The notes below the pieces were generated by a model, which searched no databases, was not told the DNA's origin, and saw only the letters and a program-made list of their open reading frames with translations. The position numbers were made by a program, and so were the translations under genes. Shown one piece after another: positions 51,514-64,000 of a DNA stretch of 64,000 nucleotides; within the stretch, counting starts at the first letter, position 1; every line of letters begins with the position of its first letter. Origin of the DNA: Macrostomum lignano (Eukaryota); assembly GCA_002269645.1 (NCBI GenBank), contig NIVC01001678.1, positions 186,001 through 250,000 of the forward strand, read 5' to 3'.

Positions 51514-54500
51514 ATGGCAGAGTATGAAAGTCAGCTGCAGTATCAGGACCCGAACGGTGAGTGCCTCTCTTCAGGGCCTCAGAGCCCTGCTCTGTGAATT
51601 CTTATCGGCAGAAATAGAATATACAAGGCAGGCAGGTATATAAGCTGCCTGAATGTCTGCTTCAAATCGTTTGAGAATTTGAGTTTGAGATCTCAGTGAA
51701 ATCTGTAGATATAGATTACCCATTCTTCAAGATCCCATGTGCATTGTGAAGGTCAACGCGTTGGTAAGTTAAGTCATTAACCAAATTTCACAGGCGCACC
51801 TGTTTCTTAGGTGGTCGCCCCTGTCTCTTAGGTGACCGACCCTGTCTCTTCGGTGGGCGCCCCTGTCTCTTTGGTGGGCGCCCCTGTCTCTTAGGTGGGC
51901 GCCCCTGTCTCTTAGGTGACCGACCCTGTCTCTTAGGTGGTCGCCCCTGTCTCTTAGGTGACCGACCCTGTCTCTTAGGTGGGCGCCCTTGTTTCTTAGG
52001 TGGTCGCCCCTGTCTCTTTGGTCGGCGCCCCTGTCTCTTAGGAGGGCGCCCCTGTCTCTTAGGTGGGCGCCCCTGTTTCTTAGGTGGTCGCCCCTGTCTC
52101 TTAGGTGGTCGCCCCTGTCTCTTAGGTGACCGACCCTGTCTCTTAGGTGGGCGCCCTTGTTTCTTAGGTGGTCGCCCCTGTCTCTTTGGTGGGCGCCCCC
52201 TGTCTCTTTGGTGGGCGCCCCTGTCTCTTAGGTGGGCGCCCCTGTCTCTTAGGTGACCGACCCTGTCTCTTAGGTGGTCGCCCCTGTCTCTTAGGTGACC
52301 GACCCTGTCTCTTAGGTGGGCGCCCTTGTTTCTTAGGTGGTCGCCCCTGCCTCTTTGGTGGGCGCACCTGTCTCTTAGGAGGGCGCCCCTGCCTCTTTGG
52401 TGACCGACCCTGTCTCTTCGGTGGGCGCCCCCTGTCTCTTTGGTGGGCGCCCCTGTCTCTTAGGTGGGCGCCCCTGTCTCTTAGGTGGGCGCCCCTGTCT
52501 CTTAGGTGACCGACCCTGTCTCTTCGGTGGGCGCCCCCTGTCTCTTTGGTGGGCGCCCCTGTCTCTTAGGTGGGCGCCCCTGTCTCTTAGGTGACCGACC
52601 CTGTCTCTTAGGTGGTCGCCCCTGTCTCTTAGGTGACCGACCCTGTCTCTTAGGTGGGCGCCCTTGTTTCTTAGGTGGTCGCCCCTGTCTCTTTGGTCGG
52701 CGCCCCTGTCTCTTAGGAGGGCGCCCCTGTCTCTTAGGTGGGCGCCCCTGTTTCTTAGGTGGTCGCCCCTGTCTCTTTGGTGGGCGCCCCTGTCTCTTAG
52801 ATGGGCGCCCCTGTTTCTTAGGTGGTCGCCCCTGTCTCTTTGGTGGGCGCCCCCTGTCTCTTTGGTGGGCGCCCCTGTCTCTTAGGTGGGCGCCCCTGTC
52901 TCTTAGGTGACCGACCCTGTCTCTTAGGTGGTCGCCCCTGTCTCTTAGGTGGGCGCCCCTGTCTCTTAGGTGACCGACCCTGTCTCTTAGGTGGTCGCCC
53001 CTGTCTCTTAGGTGACCGACCCTGTCTCTTAGGTGGGCGCCCTTGTTTCTTAGGTGGTCGCCCCTGTCTCTTTGGTCGGCGCCCCTGTCTCTTAGGAGGG
53101 CGCCCCTGTCTCTTAGGTGGGCGCCCCTGTTTCTTAGGTGGTCGCCCCTGTCTCTTAGGTGGTCGCCCCTGTCTCTTAGGTGACCGACCCTGTCTCTTAG
53201 GTGGGCGCCCTTGTTTCTTAGGTGGTCGCCCCTGTCTCTTTGGTGGGCGCCCCTGTCTCTTAGGTGGGCGCCCCTGTCTCTTAGGTGGGCGCCCCTGTCT
53301 CTTAGGTGACCGACCCTGTCTCTTAGGTGGTCGCCCCTGTCTCTTAGGTGACCGACCCTGTCTCTTAGGTGGGCGCCCTTGTTTCTTAGGTGGTCGCCCC
53401 TGCCTCTTTGGTGGGCGCACCTGTCTCTTAGGAGGGCGCCCCTGCCTCTTTGGTGACCGACCCTGTCTCTTCGGTGGGCGCCCCCTGTCTCTTTGGTGGG
53501 CGCCCCTGTCTCTTAGGTGGGCGCCCCTGTCTCTTAGGTGGGCGCCCCTGTCTCTTAGGTGACCGACCCTGTCTCTTCGGTGGGCGCCCCCTGTCTCTTT
53601 GGTGGGCGCCCCTGTCTCTTAGGTGGGCGCCCCTGTCTCTTAGGTGACCGACCCTGTCTCTTAGGTGGTCGCCCCTGTCTCTTAGGTGACCGACCCTGTC
53701 TCTTAGGTGGGCGCCCTTGTTTCTTAGGTGGTCGCCCCTGTCTCTTTGGTCGGCGCCCCTGTCTCTTAGGAGGGCGCCCCTGTCTCTTAGGTGGGCGCCC
53801 CTGTTTCTTAGGTGGTCGCCCCTGTCTCTTTGGTGGGCGCCCCTGTCTCTTAGATGGGCGCCCCTGTTTCTTAGGTGGTCGCCCCTGTCTCTTTGGTGGG
53901 CGCCCCCTGTCTCTTTGGTGGGCGCCCCTGTCTCTTAGGTGGGCGCCCCTGTCTCTTAGGTGACCGACCCTGTCTCTTAGGTGGTCGCCCCTGTCTCTTA
54001 GGTGACCGACCCTGTCTCTTAGGTGGGTGCCCTTGTTTCTTAGGTGGTCGCCCCTGCCTCTTTGGTGGGCGCCCCTGCCTCTTTGGGGGGGTGAATCCCT
54101 CTAAAAACGAATCTCATAACTGACGAATCTCATAACTGACGAATCTCATCAGAGACGAATCTCATCAGAGACGAATCTCATCAGAGACGAATCTCATCAG
54201 AGACGAATCTCATCAGAGACGAATCTCATCAGAGACGAATCTCATCAGAGACGAATCTCATCAGAGACGAATCTCATCAGAGACGAATCTCATCAGAGAC
54301 GAATCTCATCAGAGACGAATCTCATCAGAGACGAATCTCATCAGAGACGAATCTCATCAGAGACGAATCTCATCAGAGACGAATCTCATCAGAGACGAAT
54401 CTCATCAGAGACGAATCTCATCAGAGACGAATCTCATCAGAGACGAATCTCATCAGAGACGAATCTCATCAGAGACGAATCTAATTGCAGACAAATCTCC

Positions 54501-57500
54501 CCAATAATGCAGCATCCCCAAACACATGATAAATATTCGCCTTCAGCACAATTGTTGAACCAAAATCAATTAATGGCGAAATCAACCCCTAAAAAGAGAT
54601 CTGTGTACAGACCGCACGTGTCGAGCATGCTAAACGAGCATTCTTATCGATTCTGAGCAAAAAAAATTGAAAAAATATCAAACTGTAAGTATAGAAGAGT
54701 TGGACAAAGAGCTGAACAAAGATCCCTGTGCCACGCCTCGCTATTTTGCATGCTATGAAATTCGATAGGATTATTTCTATTATAAATTGTTGTTTTTTCA
54801 AGTCTGGAGTCTGCCCTGCCCCTCCCACATCCCATCCCAAATAGGATTTTTTCTTTTGTTTTGAGATGCATGCATCTTATAGCTATGAGAGACACTGGAA
54901 GGAGGTTAATGGTCTGGGTCTATTCCCCAGATTGACACGTGTCAGTCACATGATTCAATGCCAAATTGGCATGGCACCGATTCGATATTGTGTATAGATT
55001 ATACCATATACACGAAATATAAAAAACAGAATTGAAATCTGAGTCCTTTATTCTTTAGACCCAAAGAAAGGCAAGCGAGATTGCATGGAATTTCAGATCT
55101 TAGACAAGCCTTGAATTGTTTCTGCGTTTTCTAGGGTTGAATAATTGATTTTTTATGCCTGAGAAATCGGTCCGTTTGAGCAATTGAGTTGTTACTCAAT
55201 ACTCCTCTTCTCTGTTTCCCCTCCCAGGGCCTCCCTCTCCCTCTCCCTCTCCCTCCTTCTCCCCCTCCTTCTCCCCCTCCCTCTCTCCCCTCACCCTCTA
55301 CCCTCTCTCTCCCCCTCACTTTCTACTCTACCCTCTCTCGTTCTTCTCTATCTCCTTCTCTATCTCTCCCATCTCCCCTTCTCCCTCTCTAGAGCTCAAG
55401 AAAAGAAATTAGCAAGAATGGAGATTTTGGAAACGCAGACATGCAGACTCGAGTATAACGAAGTCAAGCGCATATAAGATACTTCAGACACTCTTGATTA
55501 GCCCAATCTCTGCACCTCATCGGATTTCGCTAGCCCTCCCGAGCCTGATACAGGTGTGTATATTCAGAGCGGAAAGTCAAACGCGGGGTCAATATTATTC
55601 AATCTTCCTCTCCTTCAGCATAACAGGTTCGAATAGCGCTATGGCAATGCAGATGGCTGCTCAAGGAAGGAAGTCCAGTTGAGAACCCCATCCTATTGCT
55701 TGAGCACTGCGCGATGCCGTCTACCCAGCTAAAAATGAGTGGGCGGCGGAGGCCCATGCAGCTCTAATTCCGACATATTGATAATTCCCCAACCCCCCCC
55801 CCATGTCGAGGGATTACAGACTTTCACGTCTGATTAGAGAGAGGAAAGGCAGGTCTATAAGGTCGCCATCAGTTCCTTTCTTTCTTCAATCTCGGCCGGC
55901 CGCCCCGTCATTCCCTCCTCTCCCTCCCCTAAGTCGAATTGAATTGTCGAAATCGTCATTTAGTTTTCGACTATAGCCTGCCTTCTCTATCTATAGCTGC
56001 ATTCCTATACGAGATTTATAGCAATTCCTATATAATAGTAGTCAGACGCGGTCTTTCTTTTTTTTAACTGAAATTCTGGGCCTCCCGCTTGAGTGGCCTA
56101 ACGAGATTAGCCTGACCGGGGGGGGGGGGCGTCAGATGCTCCATAGAGTTCCGATTCTCGTCAGACCATCGCCTCCCTCTATAGTGATTCAGTCCTGGCG
56201 CATTTGCGTATGGGGGAATGCTAGACTATTTGACTTACATGGTAGGCCATCAGAGATCTAATGCAGACTCTGGATGTCATGACTCAAACCAATCTCTGCT
56301 CTCTGATCTCTGCTGAACCCTGCATGCCAATGCCAAGCGGCTTCTGCCAGTGCGCGCTTCTGTTAGTGCGCGCTTCTGTTAGTGCGCGCTTCTGTTAGTG
56401 CGCGCTTCTGCCAGTGTGCGCTTCTTCCAGTGCGCGCTTATGCCAGCATCCGATCAATTATGATTTCTTATCCATTCTATTGGGTGTTGAGTTGCAGACA
56501 CGCACACAAACGGTGCACTGACTTAATAGCAACTAAATTAAATTGTATTCTATTTCTAAAGTTGATATCAATTTTGCAAACTTTCGCAATTTGCTTCCGC
56601 AAGCAGGCCATCCCGACTCGGCGTCAGTTCCCTACTTGAGCGCCGCGGTTGCCACCCCGTCTCCAAGCGGCAGCGGCGGCAGCGTCGATGGCAGCCGAGG
56701 CGGCAACGGCTCGAACTCGGTTTCATCCGCCTCTGTATCCGTGTCGTCGGCGGCCGCCGCCGCAGCTGCCGCTCACGCGCAGCATCTGCAGCATCAGCAG
56801 CTGCAGCAGCAGCAACAGCAACAGCAGCAGCAATACCATCATTTTTATCCAGATTTTACCGGCTGGGGCGGCGGTGGCGGCCACCTGCCTGCCTACACCT
56901 CAGCCCAGATTGGCAGGTGCGGCAACTCCTCGTCAGCCATGGCCTACCATCAGCAGCAGCATCAGCAGCATCACATGCTGGCTCCACCGCCGCCGCCGCC
57001 TCCTCAGCAGACAGCGGCCGGTCTTGGCTGTCTGTCGCCCAGTCTCCTGCATCATCACTATCAGCAGCAGCAGCAGCAGCAGCATCCCTATGCCTACTAT
57101 GACCAACTAGCTGCTCACGCTGAATGCCAGCAGCCTCTGATCGGCATCAAGAATGAGCCTTCTTCGCTGGCTCAGCATCATCAGCTGCATCATCAGCATC
57201 AGCATCAGCAGCTTCCGCAGCACCAGCTTCAGCACCAGCATCAGCAGATGGAGCGTCTGATGACCACCACGGGGTACAGCGGCGGCGGCAGCGGAGGCGG
57301 CGGTGGCGGCGGAGGTTCCTCAGAGCCGAAGTCACGGAAGTCTCATCACCAGCAGCAGCAGCAACAGCAGCAGCACGTGAAGAAACCGCTAAACGCTTTC
57401 ATGCTTTTTATGAAGGAGATGCGAGCCAAGGTCGTGGCGGAGTGCACACTCAAGGAGTCGGCCGCCATCAACCAGATTCTTGGGCGCAAGGTGAGCAGAG

Positions 57501-59083
57501 CAATTGCAAACTTGCGTCTGACGCACTCTCCATCTATCCCTCTCTCCATCTCCCTCTCTCCATCTATCCCTCTCTCCATCTCCCCCTCTCCATCTACCCT
57601 CTCTCCATCTACCCTCTCTCCATCTAACCCCTCTCTCCACCTACCCCTCTCCTAATCTATCCCTCTCTCCATCGACCTCTCTCTATCTCTCTCTCTCTCC
57701 ATCTACCACTTCCTCATCTACCATTTCCCTATCTACCATCTCCCCATCTACTATCACCCCATCTACCATCTCCTCATCTACCATCTCCCCATCTACCATC
57801 TCCCTCCCTATCTACCATCTCCCCATCTATCATCTCCCCCCTCTACTCATACGTTCTCCTCACCTCTCCATCTACCCTTCCATCTAACTCTCTCTCTCCC
57901 TCTCTCTCTCCATGTCCGCTCAAAATCTCAGTCTTTACCTCATGGTCTATGTTTAACTGTAACTGAGGCAAACACTGGCACATTTGCACATCAGCAACAA
58001 TGCAAAGAAAAATTCCCCAAGGCCCAACAAGCAAGACAGCAAGCCTAGCTGGTATTACAGTGGCAACTTAACTATTAAAGCCTAAGGCAGCATCCTTCAC
58101 GCGCGCATATTTATCAGCATTGCCCGAGGCCTGTCCATTCACAGCAATGCTATTTGAATGGGAAAACTTTTTGCCTGTTGCAGCAATAAAATTTCTTTGC
58201 CCATCTCCCTAACAATAAACTCCCAGCCGTGTACAAGACTTGCTGCTTTGTTGAAGCCCATGCAGAAGCAGAAGAATTTAGTGCTAGGCAAGGCCGCAAT
58301 TCCTCGAGGCACTCGAGACGCTGCAGTCCCGTTCGTGCCGCGGGACAAAGGGGAGACTCAGGGCCAGGCGTGTTCAGTTCCCAGGGTCTCCAGCAGCTCT
58401 TTAGCCTCATCAGATCTGGCACATCCACCTACTCCCAATTACCCACCCACCCCCGGGGGGGGGGAGGCTATTAACGAGATCCTCACAGGCCTCATGCGAG
58501 TCTTGTTTGCTACTGTAGGGATCATAATTAATCTAAATTGCTAGCCACATCAATGGGCCAAACAGGTAACACACGAAATACATGTACGAGTCTAGTTACC
58601 GGGTTAGGCGTGTGATTTTGGAGTAATAAACAAATTTACGGTCTAAAAATTGTATCACTAAGATTTATAGTGCCACTACGGATAATTGATAGCTACCAGT
58701 ATATTAGAGTCTGTATAAAGATGAAGATATTCACAAGTGACTCAGTGCATTGCATTTGCATGAGGGCACAAACCACAAATGCACAGACTGTACATGTCGG
58801 ATGATTAGAAAGTCAAGGCCGCTGTAAATCCTGTGTGAGCGTTTGCGTTGCTCATTCTCCCTGAGAACTACATGCCGCACTGCGCCACCCTCCACTGCAG
58901 TGGCACAATCTGTCACGCGAGGAGCAGGCCAAGTACTACGAGCTGGCCCGCAAGGAGAAGGAGCTGCACATGCAGATGTACCCGGGCTGGACAGCGCGCG
59001 ACAACTACGCGGTGCAGCTGGCCAACAAGAAGAAGGCCAAGAAGCGGCGAGGTGACTCCAACTTGTCGACGATGCACCAGCAG

Positions 59084-59115
<32 letters not shown>

Positions 59116-62100
59116 GCATCTGCAGCACATCCAGCAGCACCATCAGCAGCAAGGTACGAATCGCCCCCCTCTTTGAGTCCAGTCTGTTCCCGTCGTAGCT
59201 CGAAAGAATTTTCTATTTCGATTCGTCCGCAAATTAAAGACCCGACAGAGGTAGCTGCGCAACAGCGCGAAGCTCAGGTGTGCGAACAAATTCATAAACG
59301 TTCCTTTCGTGCGCAAACTCGAGCTGTTGATGAATAGGCAGATGGAGGAGCCTTTTGAATTTTTCTTTCTCCAAAGAAGCTGCTTCCTGTCTTTTCTTTA
59401 CGGTAGAATTTGGAAACAGTTTTTTTGTTCACAAGCGCACCTGATCCAAATTGGCCTCCTTTGAATAGAAAATCCCAGTGTGCCAGCTGATGACAAGTTC
59501 GTTGGAAACGGGGAAGCTCCCAAATAACACGAGGATTATCGTCAGATAGTTTTGCTCATATTTTGGTGTCCATCGTTGTTCAAAATAAATCTGCCGATAC
59601 AAATGCTCGTAATGATTCAATGCCAAGTCTATAAATCGAATACCAGATGGCAGGTGCAGAGGCTTTGTCACGCATTTTACAAATCCAATTAGCGACTTTA
59701 TTTGACGCTTTATAAGACACCGAGCTTCGCGTGGTTCTTGTAAAGCCCCGAGAAAAGGATATTCAGCGTTTTGCAATCTCTTCGATGCTTGAAAACCGAA
59801 ATTTCATTCCAGACCTGAAGAAGCTGCAGCTGCCGATGCAGCAGCCGTCGCCAATCTCCGGTTACGGCGTCGCCACGGCGGACGAGGCGGCCATCCACGC
59901 CAGCTACCTGGGCAAGATTGACTACAAGCCGGCAATGACCGGGTGAGAACTAACGGGGTGCTTGATTGACTAAGTTGAGCTTATGAAGAATCTTTTTTTG
60001 ACGAGAAAGTGTTACCGATTCAATAGATGTAGAACTGGAGTGGTATTGTGCATTCCTGTGTAGTCACCGCAGCTACCCCTCCTGTCCTGCAGTAGCTACT
60101 GCCGCAGTTACCCCTCTGTCCTGCAGTAGCTACTGCCGCAGTTACCCCTCTGTCCTGCAGTAGCTACTGCCGCAGTTACCCCTCCTGTCCTGCAGTAGCT
60201 ACTGCCGCAGTTACCCCTCTGTCCTGCAGTAGCTACTGCCGCAGTTACCCCTCTGTCCTGCAGTAGCTACTGCCGCAGTTACCCCTCTGTCCTGCAGTAG
60301 CTACTGCCGCAGTTACCCCTCTTGTCCTGCAGTAGCCACTGCCGCAGTTACCCCTCTTGTCCTGCAGTAACCACTGCCGCAGTTACCCCTCTTGTCCTGC
60401 AGTAACCACTGCCGCAGTTACCCCTCTTGTCCTGCAGTAGCCACTGCCGCAGTTACCCCTCTTGTCCTGCAGTAGCTACTGCCGCAGTTACCCCTCTGTC
60501 CTGCAGTAGCTACTGCCGCAGTTACCCCTCCTGTCCTGCAGTAGCTACTGCCGCAGTTACCCCTCTGTCCTGCAGTAGCTACTGCCGCAGTTACCCCTCT
60601 GTCCTGCAGTAGCTACTGCCGCAGTTACCCCTCTGTCCTGCAGTAGCTACTGCCGCAGTTACCCCTCCTGTCCTGCAGTAGCTACTGCCGCAGTTACCCC
60701 TCTGTCCTGCAGTAGCTACTGCCGCAGTTACCCCTCTGTCCTGCAGTAGCTACTGCCGCAGTTACCCCTCTTGTCCTGCAGTAGCCACTGCCGCAGTTAC
60801 CCCTCTTGTCCTGCAGTAACCACTGCCGCAGTTACCCCTCTTGTCCTGCAGTAACCACTGCCGCAGTTACCCCTCTTGTCCTGCAGTAGCCACTGCCGCA
60901 GTTACCCCTCTTGTCCTGCAGTAGCTACTGCCGCAGTTACCCCTCTGTCCTGCAGTAGCTACTGCCGCAGTTACCCCTCCTGTCCTGCAGTAGCTACTGC
61001 CGCAGTTACCCCTCTGTCCTGCAGTAGCTACTGCCGCAGTTACCCCTCTTGTCCTGCAGTAGCCACTGCCGCAGTTACCCCTCTTGTCCTGCAGTAACCA
61101 CTGCCGCAGTTACCCCTCTTGTCCTGCAGTAACCACTGCCGCAGTTACCCCTCTTGTCCTGCAGTAGCCACTGCCGCAGTTACCCCGCCTGTCCTGCAGT
61201 AGCCACTGCCGCAGCAACCCCGCCTGTCCTGCAGTAGCCACTGCCGCAGTTACCCCCTTGTCCTGCAGTAGCCACTGCGCGCAGCAACCCCGCCTGTCCT
61301 GCAGTAGCCACTGCCGCAGTTACCCCTCTTGTCCTGCAGTGGCCACTGCCGCAGCAACCCCGCCTGTCCTGCAGTAGCCACTGCCGCAGTTACCCCCTTG
61401 TCCTGCAGTAGCCACTGCCGCAGCAACGCCGCCTGTCCTGCAGTAGCCACTGCCGCAGTTACCCCCTTGTCCTGCAGTAGCCACTGCGCGCAGCAACCCC
61501 GCCTGTCCTGCAGTAGCCACTGCCGCAGTTACCCCTCTTGTCCTGCAGTGGCCACTGCCGCAGCAACCCCGCCTGTCCTGCAGTAGCCACTGCCGCAGTT
61601 ACCCCTCTTGTCCTGCAGTGGCCACTGCCGCAGCAACCCCGCCTGTCCTGCAGTAGCCACTGCCGCAGTTACCCCCTTGTCCTGCAGTAGCCACTGCCGC
61701 AGCAACGCCGCCTGTCCTGCAGTAGCCACTGCCGCAGTTACCCCCTTGTCCTGCAGTAGCCACTGCCGCAGTTACCCCGCCTGTCCTGCAGTAGCCACTG
61801 CCGCAGCAACCCCGCCTGTCCTGCAGTAGCCACTGCCGCAGTTACCCCCTTGTCCTGCAGTAGCCACTGCGCGCAGCAACCCCGCCTGTCCTGCAGTAGC
61901 CACTGCCGCAGTTACCCCTCTTGTCCTGCAGTGGCCACTGCCGCAGCAACCCCGCCTGTCCTGCAGTAGCCACTGCCGCAGTTACCCCTCTTGTCCTGCA
62001 GTGGCCACTGCCGCAGCAACCCCGCCTGTCCTGCAGTAGCCACTGCCGCAGTTACCCCTCTTGTCCTGCAGTGGCGACTGTCGCAACCCTTCTGTCCTGC

Positions 62101-62369
62101 AGTAGCCGTTAGCTCTGTAGGAATTAGGATACATCCAATTTAAGCCTGTTAAAGTGTCCACGCGCTTCCACCTTCAACTTCAACTTACACCGGCCATTTG
62201 CAGAGACATGCGTCACCACTACGACAACTTCCACATGATGCAAGCGGCCGCTGCGGCAGCCGCCTCCGCCGCCATCTACGACAGCTACCCGATGGCCACC
62301 GGCTCCTCTGCCGGCAGTCACGCGTCGTCGTCACAGGAAGGCGGCATGACCTTCACGGAGCTCACCTGA
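51514..62369 (+). CDS. tcf: TCF/LEF (pangolin) HMG-box transcription factor, ~491 aa; exons 51514-51556, 56607-57490 (alternative acceptor 56604), 58901-59153, 59813-59942, 62204-62369
   Basis: HMG box [39 protein letters not shown]|[36 protein letters not shown] plus basic tail KKKAKKRR is diagnostic. All four introns are GT-AG with matching phases (1,0,1,2); total 1476 bp. The first and last exon assignments are less certain than the HMG exons. Confidence 0.9.
51795..54085. repeat. 22-bp GC-rich minisatellite (GGTGGGCGCCCCTGTCTCTTAG family) in TCF intron 1
   Basis: Direct periodicity with higher-order block duplication. Confidence 0.97.
54106..54482. repeat. 16-bp homogeneous repeat (GACGAATCTCATCAGA), ~23 copies
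   Basis: Direct periodicity. Confidence 0.97.
57525..57910. repeat. CT-rich low-complexity repeat (CCATCTACC / CCCTCTCT) in TCF intron 2
   Basis: Direct inspection. Confidence 0.8.
60066..62104. repeat. 34/35-bp minisatellite (CTGCAGTAGCTACTGCCGCAGTTACCCCTCTGTC) in TCF intron 4
   Basis: Direct periodicity, roughly 58 copies. Confidence 0.97.
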
Positions 62370-62862
62370 GCAACAGGATTTCTCGGAAACCAAAGGAATT
62401 TTCCAATCTTCTGAATATTTGAAATCTGCACTTTTCATTAGCAAAACAAGATAGATCAGACCGAGACTAAGAGAATGATTTTTCAATCATTGTGTAGCTT
62501 TTCTCGTATATTCTGCTTGGCAACCAACTTTGACCCTTCCCACGCTTACTGCTCGCTAATGCAGATAAAAACGAGACACCATAATATTCGCACCTTTTCA
62601 ATTAACTGGCACTCTCTCTATATATAGACCCCAAATCGGACACTGACTGTCTAATCCAATCTGTTGCAATCTAGTCTTTTTATTTTCTGTCTAATCTCTG
62701 ATTCTCTTACGGTTTACCTGATTGCTTGCTCTCATGTTGCTTTCTCATTGATTGTATATCAACAACCTACTCAAATACCCTTATTATATTATTGCCTGCG
62801 GCGAATACCGACCCCGTGGAACATTAACAAATATACTAACGGACTCCAGCAAGCCGGTCTCT

Positions 62863-62931
62863 TTGTCTGTCTGTCTGTCTGTCTCTCTGCCTGCCTATCT
62901 CTCTGTCTGTCTGTCTGTCTGCCTGCCTGCC

Positions 62932-62968
<37 letters not shown>

Positions 62969-62980
62969 GCCTGTCTGTCT
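62863..62980. repeat. (TCTG)n/(CCTG)n microsatellite
   Basis: Direct periodicity. Confidence 0.9.
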
Positions 62981-63295
62981 ATTCTCCAAAGTCGATCCAC
63001 ACCACGCGAGTTTTGCTACAAGAAATATTATGCACCGAAAAACACAGGTTTTGACTGTCAGGATAAACACAGTCTCAGATTTCTGTCTTTATTTTCTTTC
63101 CTAAATGAAAAATTCAACAGGTTCTACTTAAAACTATTTTAGTAGTATCTGCAGACAACGCTCGTAATGAAGGCTTATTTTTTAGGTTCTCAAAAATATC
63201 ATATAAAAATGTCTAAACAGGAAAATATCGATTTGTAAAGGAGATTACCTAATGTTGCAGATCGAAAACCACAACGTTTATGGGAATTCGTTTAT

Positions 63296-64000
63296 GGGCT
63301 TCGCAACCCACGGCCTGCCCGACGTCTTGGTGTCGGACAACGGACCGAACCTGGTCAGCGCAGAGATGGAGAGGTTCCTCGAAAAGAACGCCATCCGGCA
63401 CGTGCGGACGGCGCCCTACCATCCTGCATCAAACGGCCAGGCCGAGCGTGCCGTGCAAACTCTGAAGCGGGCGCTGGCCAAGCAGCGGAGCGGCACCTTG
63501 GAGGAGCGCGTTGCCCGTTTCCTGCTGACCTACCGAGTGACGCCTCACGCGACGACCGGGAGGGCGCCATGCGAGCTGCTGATGGGACGGCGGCTGCACA
63601 TGCTGCTGGACCGAGTCCGCCCTGACTTGGCCGCTTAAGTGGCAGCTCAGCAGGCGCTTCAAAAGGAGCAGCACGATGCTCACGCGCGGGATCGCTGCAT
63701 CAACGTCGGTGACTCGGTGCTGGAGCGTGATTTCGCCAACGACGGCCGCTTTAGACCTGCGACGGTGATGGCGAGTTCCGGTGCCGTGTCTTACACCTGC
63801 CGTTTTGAAGATGGCATGTTTTGCATGTGGATCAGGTGCGCAAGTCAGTGGTAGACAGACCGCAGCAAGAGCTTCTGCCACCGGCTTCAACGACGGCGGC
63901 CGAGGCAGAGAGCGGGCCACCGATGAAGTCGCGCCTGGGTGGTGACGATTCGGCTGAGGAAGCGAGTGCGACTGATGCGGCGCCACAGCTTCGGCGGTTA
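63296..64000 (+). mobile_element. Degenerate Ty3/gypsy integrase fragment
   Basis: FATHGLPDVLVSDNGPNLVS...TAPYHPASNGQAERAVQTLK...YRVTPHATTGRAPCELLMGR is a classic rve core C-terminal half; in-frame stop at 63636-63638; 5'-truncated. Confidence 0.88.

Noticed and set aside
59481-59530. Hammerhead-like core CTGATGA-CAA(GTTCG)TTG-GAAAC
   Set aside because: No valid stem I or stem III with an NUH cleavage triplet can be formed.

Overview
Animal genomic DNA with spliceosomal introns; the gene families and repeat style suggest a flatworm such as Macrostomum (inference, not verified). About 30% of the window is mini- or microsatellite (rough hand tally). Three spliced genes can be assembled with matching splice phases: (1) a claudin/PMP22-like four-TM gene (minus strand, 1641-3661); (2) an ankyrin-repeat / Mab-21 cGAS-like nucleotidyltransferase (cGLR) fusion gene (plus strand; exons 15604-16934, 19454-19803, 20407-21884; ~1052 aa); (3) a TCF/LEF (pangolin) HMG-box gene (plus strand, five coding exons, 51514-62369). 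The main candidate novelty is gene 2. The ankyrin ORF appears to stop, but its TAA lies inside a GTAATT splice donor whose phase matches the cGLR exon. A second intact ankyrin exon with a different 5' half (7226-8580) ends in the same donor and has no cGLR exons of its own. This suggests interchangeable sensor exons spliced onto one shared catalytic module, with sequence variation concentrated at the ankyrin binding-face positions. A pseudogenised third ankyrin copy (32851-33350) and a cGLR exon fragment (28033-28259) lie nearby. The window also holds two foldback elements, MITEs, LINE/Penelope and Ty3/gypsy fragments, a solo LTR, and a cluster of five TCF sites plus a Helper site about 11 kb upstream of the TCF gene. 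No expression data are visible, so all splicing models are predictions.
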